Of a DNA stretch of 64,000 bases, positions 14,958-27,799 are shown one piece after another. The notes under the pieces are model-generated. The model searched no databases. It saw only the letters and a program-made list of their open reading frames with translations, and was not told the DNA's origin. This DNA comes from Eledone cirrhosa. Taxonomy: Eukaryota. Position numbers and translations under genes: made by a program. The stretch lies in the NCBI GenBank assembly GCA_964016885.1, contig OZ024741.1, positions 220,596,001 through 220,660,000 of the forward strand, given 5' to 3'. The first letter of the stretch is position 1; each line of letters starts with the position of its first letter.

Positions 14958-15694
14958 CTAGACTGGGGTGACAATGGTGAACAAGTTCAGCTAGACTGGG
15001 GTGACAATGATGAACATGTTCAGCTAGACTGGGGTGACAATGATAAGTTCAGTTAGACTGTGGGGACAATGATAAGTTCAGCTAGACTGTGGTGACAATG
15101 ATAAGTTCAGCTAGACTGTGGTGACAATGGTGAAGAAGTTCAGCTAGACTGTGGTGACAATGGTGAACAAGTTCAGCTAGACTGGGGTGACAATGATAAG
15201 TTCAGATAGACTGTGGTGACAATGATGAACAAGTTCAGCTAGACTGTGGTGACAATGATGAACAAGTTCAGATAGACTGTGGTGACAATGATGAACAAGT
15301 TCATCTAGACTGGGGTGACAATGATGAACAAGTTCAGCTAGACTGGGGTGACAATGATGAACAAGTTCAGCTAGACTGTGGGGACAATGATAAGTTCAGC
15401 TAGACTGTGGTGACAATGATGAACAAGTTCATCTAGACTGGGGTGACAATGATGAACAAGTTCAGCTAGACTGGGGTGACAATGATGAACAAGTTCAGCT
15501 AGACTGTGGGGACAATGATAAGTTCAGCTAGACTGTGGTGACAATGATGAACAAGTTCAGCTAGACTGGGGTGACAATGATAAGTTCAGCTAGACTGTGG
15601 GGACAATGATGAACAAGTTGAGCTAGACTGGGGTGACAATGATGAACAAGTTGAGCTAGACTGGGGTGACAATGATAAGTTCAGCTAGACTGTA
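14958..15694 (+). repeat. Minisatellite with 27/33-bp units AGTTCAGCTAGACTG(G/T)GGTGACAATGAT(GAACA)
   Basis: More than 20 tandem units with no unique spacers. Confidence 0.9.
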
Positions 15695-15884
15695 GTGGCT
15701 CCTTTGTCTTCAACCCAGTATTTAAACACTTGTTCTGCGCAAGACATTTGGATCGGATTAGGTACAATGTTTTCACTTAAAACTCTTAAGCAAACATACA
15801 CACATTCAATGACACACATTAGCACATCTGACTGATAAAATGACAAGTCAGTCAATCATATTGGTGGCCTCCCCACAGCCCCAG

Positions 15885-16365
15885 TGGACTGAATGGAGAA
15901 GGCGTTTCCTCGGAGGACGGCAAGGGAGACCCGCTAGAAAGGCCATTCCAGCTCGCGAGGCTCACACCTGCAGCTGGCCAGCTCAACGCCTATGGTGGTG
16001 AGTAAGGACGTAGCCCTTGGGCCGAGGACACCAAAAGTTTCCACTGCCAAGGGTACAACCGCAAACCTGTCGGAGAGCGACCGGTATTTGAAGAGTTTGG
16101 CCTCCTCAGCCCGACGTGCAGCAGAACCTGGGTTAGTCGCAGACTGCACCAGGTTGCGGCTGGAGAAAGTGTCGGTGCAAGTGGCATCCCAGACGAGGGG
16201 TTTGCCACCGTGGAACGGGAAGATGGCCATACCATCTGGCCTTTTGCCGTCCCCTTGGTCCAGTCCCACCGGCTCGAGTTGGGATGGGAAGCTTGCAGCG
16301 TCCAAGCCATGCTTTATGACCTCGTTGAGGACAGCATGGCGTGGAAGGCGGCCAACACTCTCGGC
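15885..16365 (-). pseudogene. Restriction-like endonuclease remnant of a CRE-like non-LTR retrotransposon
   Basis: RHAVLNEVIK...EP.GL...DGKRPDG...WDATCTDT...AEEAK..KY...VPLAVETFG; homologous fragment at 45015-45350. Confidence 0.75.
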
Positions 16366-16544
16366 ATATAGTTCATTACACTAAGTAGTAAGCGCCATCT
16401 TAAGTTATATTTTCATTGTATGATTCTGTTGTGGTTAATATTTCTTGCACTTAAGTAAAGAAGGTTGTCGAAATGTTCTCAAAAACTGTTTGGTACTTCA
16501 TGGCTCTCTTTAAACTAACTTAAAACACTTCACTCTTTCTCTTT

Positions 16545-17000
16545 CAATGGCTATCGTCTTTTCTCCGTCTTTTCTTCATCTTTTCTTCATCTTTTCTTCA
16601 TCTTTTCTTCATCTCCAAATTTCTCCGTCTTCTAGCGACTGCTTCTTCTTTTTTATTTCTTCTCCTTTTCTTTTCCTTTCTTCTTTTCTTTTCCTTTCTT
16701 CTTTTCTTTTCCTTTCTTCTTTTCTTTTCTTTTTTCTTTCTTATTTTCTTTTCTTCTTTCTTCTCCTTCTCCTCCTCCTTCCCCTTCACCTTCTTCACCT
16801 TCTTTTTCACCTTCTTCTTCTTCACGTTCACCTTTTTCTTCTTCTTCTTCTTCACCTTCTTCTTCACGTTCACCTTCTTCTTCTTCTTCTTCTTCTTCTT
16901 CTTCTTCTTCTTCTTCTTCTTCTTCTTCTTCTTCTTCTTCTTCTTCTTCTTCTTCTTCATCACCTTCTTCTTCTTTTTTTTTCTTCTTCTTCTTCTTGCT
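16545..17000. repeat. (CTT)n / pyrimidine-rich low complexity
   Basis: Direct reading. Confidence 0.9.
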
Positions 17001-17329
17001 GTTGTTGTTATTCTTCATTTCATTCCTGAAAAAGAATTATCGAGAAGGAGAAGGAGGAGGGGAGAAGGAAGAGGTGGAGGTGGAGGAGGAAGTAGAAAAT
17101 CTCAGAATATTAAAAATATTTTCTTTTTCAAAAAAATGTCATAAAAAATTATTTATAGAATCCGATAAAAAAACTTGCTTAAGGTTATGAATAACAGTAA
17201 TTAGGTTAATTATGACAGTTTTTCTCAAATTTATCGATTTTATCTCCATTAAATATACTTTATTGTTGTAAATAACTGGATAGTTTATCGGGAGAAAGTG
17301 ATATCACAATAATGGGGGAATGCTGGTTA

Positions 17330-18530
17330 AGAAGTGAAGTGGAGTGTGAGTGTGAGTGAGGGATGTTGAGTGATGGTGAGGTATCTTAGTGCAAGCGAAC
17401 GTATCTGAGTGCGAGTGCAGATGCCTATGAGTGCCTGTGAGTGAGTGAAGGGGAAGTATGTGTGAGTGTGAGTGAAGGGATGTTGAGTGAAAGCGAAGGT
17501 GCCTTTGAGTGTGAGTGAAGGTATGTTTAGTGAAGATGCCTGAGAGTGCGAGTGAAGGTGCCTGCGCGTGTGAGTGAAGGTGCCTGCGAGTGCGAGTAAA
17601 GGTGCCTGCAAGTGAAGGTACCTGTGATTGAAGGTGCCTGCGAGTGAAGGTGCCTGCAAGTAAGGTGTCTGCGAGTGCGAGTAAAGGTGTCTGCGAGTGC
17701 GAGTGAAGGTGTCTGTGAGTTCGAGTGAAGGTGCCTGCGAGTGAAGGTACCTGTGATTGAAGGTGCCTGCGAGTGAAGGTGCCTGCGAGTGAAGGTACCT
17801 GTGATTGAAGGTGCCTGCGAGTGAAGGTGCCTGCGAGTGCGAGTGAAGGTGTCTGTGAGTCCGAGTGAAGGTGCCTGCGAGTGAAGGTACCTGTGATTGA
17901 AGGTGCCTGCGAGTGAAGGTGCCTACGAGTGAAGGTACCTGTGATTGAAGGTACCTGCGAGTGAAGGTGCCTGCAAGTAAAGGTGTCTGCGAGAGCGAGT
18001 AAAGGTGTCTGCGAGTGCGAGTGAAGGTGTCTGTGAGTCCGAGTGAAGGTACCTGCGAGTGAAGGTACCTGTGATTGAAGGTGCCTGCGAGTGAAGGTGC
18101 CTGCGAGTGAAGGTACCTGTGATTGAAGGTACCTGCGAGTGAAGGTGCCTGCAAGTAAAGGTGTCTGCGAGTGCGAGTAAAGGTGTCTGCGACTGCGAGT
18201 GAAGGTGTCTGTGAGTCCGAGTGAAGGTACCTGCGAGTGAAGGTACCTGCAAGTAAAGGTGTCTGCGAGTGCGAGTAAAGGTGTCTGCGAGTGCGAGTGA
18301 AGGTGTCTGTGAGTCCGAGTGAAGGTACCTGCGAGTGAAGGTACCTGTGATTGAAGGTGCCTGCGAGTGAAGGTGCCTGCGAGTGAAGGTACCTGTGATT
18401 GAAGGTGCCTGCGAGTGAAGGTGCCTGTGATTGAAGGTGCCTGCGAGTGAAGGTGCCTGCGAGTGAAGGTGCTTGTGAGTGAAGGTGCCTGTAAGTGCGA
18501 GTGAAGGTATGTTGAGTGAAGGTATCTGCG
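17330..18530 (+). repeat. Compound minisatellite built on GAGTGAAGGTGCCTGC (16 bp) variants with higher-order repeats
   Basis: Repeated TGAAGGT(G/A)CCTG core. The long ORFs here are repeat translations. Confidence 0.9.
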
Positions 18531-19109
18531 AGATACTTTCAGCAATTGAAAGACCAATGGAAACATTGTTTCCATGGTCAGATTGAATGGGATCCATTTT
18601 ACTCGGTAAGCTAATCAAGTCCGGGATGTTGTTGATTCAGATCAGAAAGGTATTTGGCTCACAACTGAAAGGTTGTGAAGTCGATTTCCGCTAGAGCGTT
18701 GTATCCTTGAGCAAGATACTTTATTTCATTTTCTACTATATCAAGCGTTAAACTAATATATTCATTATACTGTGTTGTTTGCTTTGTTGTTTCCGATTAC
18801 TTTTAGCATACATACATACACATACGTGTGTGTGTGTGTGTGTGTGTGTCTGTCTGTCTGTGTGTGACGTGCGTTTGAACAACGGAACAGCCTGTATGGG
18901 AAATTAACATGTAAGTGGCTAAGCATTCCACAAACATGGTTACTGTAAACACAATTCTCAGGGAGATTCATCGTGATACGTTGGTGCTTTGAATTATAGA
19001 TTGATCACATTTTTTTGTCAGCTGTGTTTACTGGAGCAACGTAAAATGAAGTGTCTTGATTAAGGACACACGCGTCTAACGAGAATCGAACTTACGATCA
19101 CGTGACGAT

Positions 19110-20865
19110 CAGGCGATTTTGGGAAGGAAAAGGGAAATAACTATGCAGAGAAGGAAAATGACCATGCAGAGAACTAACAAAAACAATGAACGCCGCACCT
19201 GAAAAACTGTGAGAAGACACCACATCAGATGACGTGTCTAGCACATTGAAAAAACCCAAGTAACTGGAAGATACCAGGACATAACAAGATCCCGAACTTT
19301 TGGCTGAAATATTTAGCAGAGACACGTGGTTTACTTGCAAAAAAGGTTTAATGAGATGCTTTCAGAGCCAGAAAAATCACCCGACTTGCCCACTAAGAGG
19401 AAAACCACCCTGACCCGGTTCCCAAGATTAACGGCACACAAACCTCCCAAATTACAGAACCATAATATGCTTTCCTACTTCATACAGGACTTTAGTATGG
19501 CAGAAACTGACCAATGACCTGGAAATAACTATCTACTTCCAGAAGAACAGAAAGGATGCTGCAAAGACTCGTAAGTCTGTAAAGACCAGTGGCTAATAAA
19601 TAAAGACACGACCGAAAGCTGCAGTTAAATTCAGCATGGCATGGATTGACTAGCAGAAAGCGTTTCACAGTGTTCCACATACATGAATACTGAACACACT
19701 AGTCTTGAATATATTAGAGCCAACAATAAAACATTTATCAAACATGCCATGGGTAAGTGACAAAAGCTTCTGCAGATACAAACGAAGGATAGAACTATGA
19801 AACCTGTGCACATCCCATTTAAAAGAGAGACAACTGCAGACATAAGACTACTCGAAACACTACTACAGACAGTACATGGATTTACAAAAGAAATAGGCAT
19901 GAAATTTGGATGAGAAAAATGCGCCAAGTCAATTCTGAAGACAGGAAAACTAATGAAAATCTCTAATATCACGCTAGATAAAGTTAAGAGAATTAGATCA
20001 AACACAGGCATACAAATACTTAGGAATCAATGAACGAGCAGTTTAGAAGGAAATACTCTAGACAGATTAGATTATTACGGAAGACACAACTAACTCTAAA
20101 GAATGTGATTGGCATCAATACTCTGGTGATCGCAGTAATAACTGCAGCACCAGGTCAAATCTTCCCCACAAAGAACACCCGAAGTAAATATTGAAGCAGA
20201 ACACAATAGGTAACTCCAGAATATGTGGAGATGGAGAAGAAACAAAGCAACCCTACTCTGGGATATGTCAATACACACAGACACGGAGATCGAAGCTAAC
20301 CTACTAGATATTATAGTCAAAGACGGTGAATTGGCAGTATCGGTAGAGGGTCGGACGCCATGTTTTCAGCATAGTTACGTCCCTTTATGGTTTGAGTTCA
20401 AATCCCGCCGAGGTTAACTTTGCCTTTCATCCTTACGGGGTCGATAAAATAAAGTACCAGTAATGCACTGGATAATTGCTCGACGTGTGCCAAAGTAGAA
20501 ACAATTATAGTCAAATAAAATGTCTTCTAATTGATTTATCAATCCCCACAGACGACGATAAATGCAGAAATTATCCCAATACAAAGATCTAGAGATAGAA
20601 ATACCCCGAATTAGGATGATGAAGACAGAAACAATATGTATAATAATAGACAGATACACAACCAAAACCCCATGACATACAAATATATACAACATACAGT
20701 AAATAACACTACTAGGCACTGCACACATATTACGAAGTGTATTATCAATACAATAGAAATAACACCACCAAAAACCCCCACTGCATCTATCCAAGGTACA
20801 TAGGGCTGTGCTCAGAAATCAGTGATGCTGTACAATAAAAATAAGACTAATAATACAATTAATAA
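19110..20865 (+). mobile_element. Decayed R4/Dong-like (RLE) non-LTR retrotransposon, interrupted by a SINE
   Basis: Motif relics NYR.I.C, AWID..KAF.SVPH, IGMKFG.EKCA, YKYLGI, LLWDMSIHTD.EIEAN..DIIVKD, LLGTAHILR; (TAA)-like tail. Confidence 0.75.
20322..20507 (+). mobile_element. tRNA-derived SINE (Meta-like)
   Basis: Matches 4934-5116. Confidence 0.85.
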
Positions 20866-21864
20866 CGATAGGGCTAAAATAATTATCTCCTCTTTCTCTC
20901 TTTCTCCCCTCTTTCTCTCTTTCTCCTCTCTTTCTTTCTTTCTCCTCTCTTTCACCTCTCTTTCTCCTCTCTTTCCCTCTTTCTCTCTTGCTCCCTTTCT
21001 CCCTTTCTCCTCTCTTTCTCTCTTTCTCTCTCTTTCCCTTTCTCCCTTCCCCCTTTCTCTCTTTCTCTCTTTCTTCCTTTCTCTCTTTCTCTCTTTCTCT
21101 CTTTCTCTCTTTCTCCCTCCCCCCCCCCCCTTCTTCCTTTCTCCCCCCCTTCTCCCTTTCTATCTTTCTCCGACCTTTCTCGCTCTCTTTCTTCTCCCTT
21201 TTGTCTTATCCCTCTCTTTCTCCACCCCTCTCTCTCTCTTTCTCCCTCTCTCTATTTTTCCATCCCTCTTTCTCTCTCCCTGTCTCTCTCTATCCACATG
21301 ACCGGCAACTATAAAAACAACAACAACAGGAACTATTGTATCACCACCACCAACAGCAATAACATTACCACTTCTGCAACAACAACAATAACAACAGCAA
21401 CAACAACAATAACAACAGCAACAACAACACCGTGTTTATTAACAGCAATAAACAATAACAATGAGAAAATCTGTAAGTGGTTACTCAGATTGCTAGAAAT
21501 AGCAGCTATATCTCCGTCAAATCAAACAAAGAAGGATACACTGTAGTCGGGACTATACTGACACCGTAATCTTAGGTAACAGAAAAAGACGGGATGGTCA
21601 TGGATGGAAATCCTTTTGATCAACAGGTTTGTTTAATCAGGACTGACCAGGGGTTATACAACAACAAGAGCATAAAGAAAGTAACAAAAACAACAACAAA
21701 GACAACAACAATAACAACACAAACATTGATGAAACCCCCCCCTCCCCCATTTTTTTAGTCATAACTAAATCAACAACAGCCTTCCCTTAACATCACATGA
21801 TGCCTTCTAGTACATATATGTTTGTGTATATACACTAGTGGTGTGTATATAGATATATAAAGAT

Positions 21865-22064
21865 NNNNNNNNNNNNNNNNNNNNNNNNNNNNNNNNNNNN
21901 NNNNNNNNNNNNNNNNNNNNNNNNNNNNNNNNNNNNNNNNNNNNNNNNNNNNNNNNNNNNNNNNNNNNNNNNNNNNNNNNNNNNNNNNNNNNNNNNNNNN
22001 NNNNNNNNNNNNNNNNNNNNNNNNNNNNNNNNNNNNNNNNNNNNNNNNNNNNNNNNNNNNNNNN
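21865..22064. other. Assembly gap (200 N)
   Basis: N run. Confidence 0.99.
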
Positions 22065-22453
22065 AAATAGATATTCTTGTGATCAATTAAATTTTATTAT
22101 ACATCTTTGAGAGGTACTTGAATCAGGTTCAACAGTACGTCCTCATCAGATAAAATAAAATGATACATGACATACCCTGACATGTTAGATGGTTAAGATT
22201 TAATCAAGGTACCTTGATTAAATCTTAACCATCTAACATGTTATGTTATCTGATGAGGACGTACTGTTGAACCTGATTCAAGTACCTCTGAAATATGTAT
22301 AATAAAATTTAATTGATCACAAGAATATCTATTTTGTTAATATTTGAATTAATATTAATAGCTCTGGAAAAATTGTTTTACCAGTAGAGTGCTTCCTATC
22401 TACTGTAAAACTCATGCTTTGATGTACTCACTGAATCTTGTTTAACTCTTTAA
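22065..22453 (+). mobile_element. Fold-back pLTR fragment with hammerhead (core 22250-22299); family of 8393 and 39220
   Basis: Centre at 22210/22211; CTGATGA-GGACGTAC...GTACCTCT-GAAA-TATG-TA-taataaaat. Confidence 0.75.
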
Positions 22454-22476
22454 TATATATATATATATATATATAT

Positions 22477-22602
<126 letters not shown>

Positions 22603-22674
22603 CTCTTTAATATATATATATATATATATATAAATATTAAAGAGTTATATATATATATATATATAACTCTTTAA

Positions 22675-22711
<37 letters not shown>

Positions 22712-22714
22712 GAG

Positions 22715-22762
<48 letters not shown>

Positions 22763-22765
22763 CTC

Positions 22766-22805
<40 letters not shown>

Positions 22806-22920
22806 GAGTTAAACAAGATTCAGTGAGTACATCAAAGAATGAGTTTTACAGATGGCCTCCAAAAATAATGGTCGCATTTTAAAAGGGTACGTCAAAGCTT
22901 ACTTGTAAAACTGTTATATA

Positions 22921-22990
22921 TTGTATTTTGTCTGATGAAGGCATACCATAATTTAATTTGGTATCCCTGAAATACGTATAATGAAATAAA
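22921..22990 (+). ncRNA. Hammerhead motif (family of 44335 and 50515)
   Basis: CTGATGA-AGGcATACCA...TGGTATcCCT-GAAA-TACG-TA. Confidence 0.7.
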
Positions 22991-23884
22991 TATTGTTTTA
23001 TAAATAGTTTCCATTTATTAATATCGTATATATATATATATATATATATATATAATGTGTGTGTGTTTGTGTAAGAAACAGTGATTGATAATGTGAGTGA
23101 GAGAGAATATGTGGAAAGAAAGAAATGTGTGTGTTATGAGAAATTGTGTGTCTGTGTGTCGGCTTTGGTTTCAAGCTATTCGGCAGTGCTTTAATCACGT
23201 GCATTCTTCAGACTTCCGCAAAAGATTCAGGAAGCAGACATAATATTTAACAGACGACATTCAAATAGAAAATTAGGGGATTCCAGATAGCAACTAGACT
23301 TATATACCCACCTAGGGCAATGGTGATCTCAGTAGTATGAACTATATGATGGTGAGGAAGAAAAATTTGAAACTCCAGCTGGTGTTTGTGGGATAGAAAC
23401 CTGGCTGACAAAATAGAAATATTTTGGTGTTCACCTTTCACCTCTTCCTTCACTACATCTATCTATGTATATCTTATCTTTTACTGGCCATAATTAATAC
23501 CAACACCACCATTGCTTGACCAGGTAGAAGTAGCCTCTTGTTTCGTCTTGTTAGAAATAGCAGATAATTCTCTCTGCTATCACATTTAAAGGTCTTAAGA
23601 AAACAAGGACACATTAAACCATGTAGTTACTCCTAGATATGCAGAAGGGCAAGTTTCTGTAGTAAGAAAGGTTTCGGTGATAAGGTCTTCTTAATATGAG
23701 CACACCTATGGCTAAATGACAACAAAAATAACAGCAACAACAACCAATGAGAACCACCTCATCAAGGCTATCATGGCTATCACCATTAGTAACAATACAA
23801 GAAACAGTACGGCTATCACAATCAGAGTAAAAACTACCACATATACATATAAACACACACACACACACATACACACACACACAC

Positions 23885-23962
<78 letters not shown>

Positions 23963-24040
23963 TATATATGTAAAAGGTAAACAGAAATAACAACACAATC
24001 GGTACAGTATATGGAAGGGATATATTATGTTAACGCTTAT

Positions 24041-24078
<38 letters not shown>

Positions 24079-25320
24079 CCACACACACAAAGAGAGAGAG
24101 AGAAACCCTTCCACACACACATATATACACATATATACATAGAAGTAACCAGATGAAGCAATAAGCTGAAACTTGAAACTTCGAATTCCCTGCCAGTTTT
24201 CTCTCCAGAAAATGAAATTTGTACTTAACTCAGACATATTGAGTGCTTATTCAGTTAATGTTTTAAGTAAGATAATATTTTAAACACCCGCTTCAGTGTG
24301 TGTGTGTGTGTATATATATCTGTCTGTTGATTAAATCGACACCAGTGCATTACTGGTACTTTATTTTATCGACTTCGTAGGGATGAAAGGTAAAGCTAAC
24401 CTCAGCCGGATTTGAACTCAGAACGTAAAGGTAATAATATGTACACACACACACACACACATACGTATATATACATAGACGCCCACACATATATAAAGTA
24501 CACGGACAAACTCACGCAACGACGCATGCCCTTACACACACACACACACGTACACACACACATGCACACACGCACACATATACGTGCACACACTCACTGA
24601 TATTGACAAGTGTAAAAGCTGAGAGGATAAATAATAAATTTTATGGTCGATAATTTTGTCTTATATCCATTCTTTCACATTAATATCTATCTCTCTTTCT
24701 CCCCCAATCTCGCCCCCTCCCCACTCCCATCTCTCAGCCCCCTCGCCCCCTCTCTCACCTACCCACCTCGCCCCCTCCGAACCCCCTCTCTCACCCATCT
24801 CTCGCCCCCAACTCTTGCACCCCTTCCTCTCCTCTCTCTTCATATACTGATTTTGTATTTTTTGTGTGGTTAAAATGACTTCCACGATGTAATATATAAA
24901 ATTCACGAACAAATACCTAAGCATTTCACAGACACGTGTACCCTTACGCGCAAATCCCTTTTACCATGTGAATGGAATGGACCAACAATAAATAATGGTT
25001 TGCTCATAGATAAGACGCAAAATTGGATATCGAAAACGCGATGTCACCTTCGAGGGCCAAATACTTAACCACTAAGCCATGTGCCTTCTCTGTCAATAGC
25101 ATGGCAAGGACCCGGCTGATTTAGACCGGCTTAAGACCCTTTATGGTATTGATCTCCCTACTCATGGGTTATCTAATTCTGGTACTTCGTAGTATGTGTG
25201 ATCTGGAAACAATAATTGGTCCCACCATCTTTCCCTAGGGATACAATGAAACCTCTGGAATTATTTCTCAATCTAGGTTTTTCTTCCATCTGCTTTTCCT
25301 TCTGATATTACAGTGGCTCA

Positions 25321-25538
25321 GGGCAGTGGATTGGCAGTATCGGTAGAGGGTCGGAGCCATGCTTTGCAGCATAGAGTTACGGACCTTTATGATCTGAGTT
25401 CAAATCCCGCCGAGGTTAACTTTGCCTATCATCCTTACGGGGTCGATAAAATAAAGTACTAGTCACGCACTGGGGTCGATTTACTCGACTTTCCCCTCCC
25501 CAAAATTGCTGGTCTTGTGCCTATATAAGAAAACGATA
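25321..25538 (+). mobile_element. tRNA-derived SINE (Meta-like, longer subfamily)
   Basis: A/B boxes and shared body. Confidence 0.85.
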
Positions 25539-25893
25539 TTACAGTGGCTCCTTAATGAAGCCATTTGAATAACTGTAGGCACAAAATGGCAGAAATGAAA
25601 GAAAGACTTTGGGTTGAGGAGAGAGATTTGTCCGGCAACCAGAGTGGAGAACAGATTGACTATTTTCACTTCTGCTACCTGAGCTTGGAAGTAGTTTTAC
25701 GTGTTAGATATTGGCTTCTGTATCCAGTTTGAGCGAAGGTTCAAGATTTGGGCTATAAAAGGTACAACATCGGATACTAAGTTTGCTGATCTTGCAAGAA
25801 GGGCCCCGCAATCCTAGACCTTCGAGTATTTTGTGGTAGAAAATTATATAATGGTAAAAGCGAACAAGGCCACTTTGTCGTATGCAATAGAAA

Positions 25894-26075
25894 TAATTGT
25901 TTCTACTTTAGGCACAAGGCCAGCAATTACCCAGTGCATTACTGGTACTTTATTTTATCGACCCCGTAAGGATGAAAGGCAAAGTCAACCTCGGCGGGAT
26001 TTGAACTCAGATCGTAAAGGGACGTAACTATGTTGGAAAGCATGGCGTCCGACCCTCTACCGATACTGCCAATCC
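25894..26075 (-). mobile_element. tRNA-derived SINE (Meta-like)
   Basis: Reverse complement of the 4934-5116 type. Confidence 0.85.
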
Positions 26076-27005
26076 TAATGTGACCTGTCGACATTGACAC
26101 CACTGATGTTCTTGGTCCCCGCACTGCCTATTCCTCCGCAAAATCGAAAAGACAGAAGTTCACCTGTAGAAGGAACCCCGTGAGGCTGGGAGGTTGTTGA
26201 AGCAGATGTCACTAGCCAGTCTCCGTGGCAAAGCCTTCGCTATTCTGAATCATCACTCAGACTGTGGAATAGAGCCTGACTCTCTCTCTCACCCTTCGCT
26301 CTCCATTTCTCTCACTCTTTCTTCCCCACCCCCTCTCTCTCTCTTGCCTTTCATCTATTTGGGGGTCGATTAAATCAATCCCAACTCTTCCATCATATAA
26401 ATTTGCTGGCCTAGTTCCTAAATTAGAAACCAATATTTAACCCTTTAGTCAACCCTGGGAGTGAATTGGCAGGTTCATTAGAATATCGGATACGATGATA
26501 TGGGGTATTTGTTCCAGCGCTCTGCGGGCTCTGACTTCTAACCGCACTAATTTCAATTTTGCTTTTCAGCCATTCATAGTAAATAAGGTACCAGTCAAAT
26601 ACTGGTGCTGTTTCCTCCCCTATATCCATTTTTCACTCCCGCTCTTTGAAATAAATCGGCATAATTTAAACCTGGAAAATGGGTTTGCTCCACCAGACTC
26701 AAATTCCTACGGCGTGCTCTATATTATTACTATGGCGTCCCTACGACTACATCAAGAATCATGCACCTGCGGCATGTCAGCCGTAATTGAGCAGAATGAA
26801 CAAATAAACAAACAAAAAAATAAAATAATAATCGTCTTCCTAGAAAATCACATTTCTTAATATTTTTTCATGCATAGTTTATCTAGGACTACATTATCTA
26901 ATGTGTCCTCTCGGTTTTTATAAAGAATTATAAAATGTGATACGAGGGAGATATATATTTTTTTCTAGCATGTTGGGACTTCTCTTTCTTGGTTCATAGC
27001 CATAC

Positions 27006-27007
27006 TT

Positions 27008-27070
<63 letters not shown>

Positions 27071-27233
27071 GTAGTAGTAGTAGTAGTAGTACTGGCAGTG
27101 GTGGTGGTAGTGTTAATAGTAGTAGTAGTAGTAGTAGTAGTACTGCCGATGGTGGTGGTAGTGGCAATGGTGGTGGTGGTAGTAGTAGTGGTGGTGGTGG
27201 TGGTGGTGGTGGTGGTGGTGGTGGTGGTGGTGA

Positions 27234-27291
<58 letters not shown>

Positions 27292-27294
27292 GGC

Positions 27295-27344
<50 letters not shown>

Positions 27345-27345
27345 A
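27006..27345. repeat. (GTA)n/(GTG)n microsatellite
   Basis: Direct reading. Confidence 0.95.
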
Positions 27346-27429
27346 CGGTAAACAGAGAAAAAAGCAGGTAACAGTGGGATAGAAACACAGAATTGACAGG
27401 GGCTGAACACAGGACAAGACTGTTTGATA

Positions 27430-27480
<51 letters not shown>

Positions 27481-27640
27481 GGAGAGATGCCGACAAAGAA
27501 GGAGAGATATTAGAGACAGACAAATGAGAAGAGAGAGTTGTCGACAAAGGAGAGATAGACAGCGACAAAGGAGAGATAGACAGCAACAAAGGAGTGATAG
27601 GGAGGGAGAGAGATGTCGAAAGAGAGAGAGATGCGGACGA

Positions 27641-27694
<54 letters not shown>

Positions 27695-27799
27695 GGCGGG
27701 TGAGACTGGTGACAAATTCTTCTACTCTGCCATAACCATTGCACACACTCTCGTGTCAGCTGATTTCTCTAAACTGCAGCAGAAGATATAGAAGTTGCA

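Noticed and set aside
14958-15694. CRISPR-like regular array
   Set aside because: Units are directly tandem with no unique spacers, there are no cas genes, and the context is eukaryotic.
16547-17029. Poly-Lys/Glu/Leu ORFs
   Set aside because: (CTT)n repeat translations.
25545-25890. Possible host exon
   Set aside because: No sustained open frame or recognisable protein; possibly an old LINE relic.
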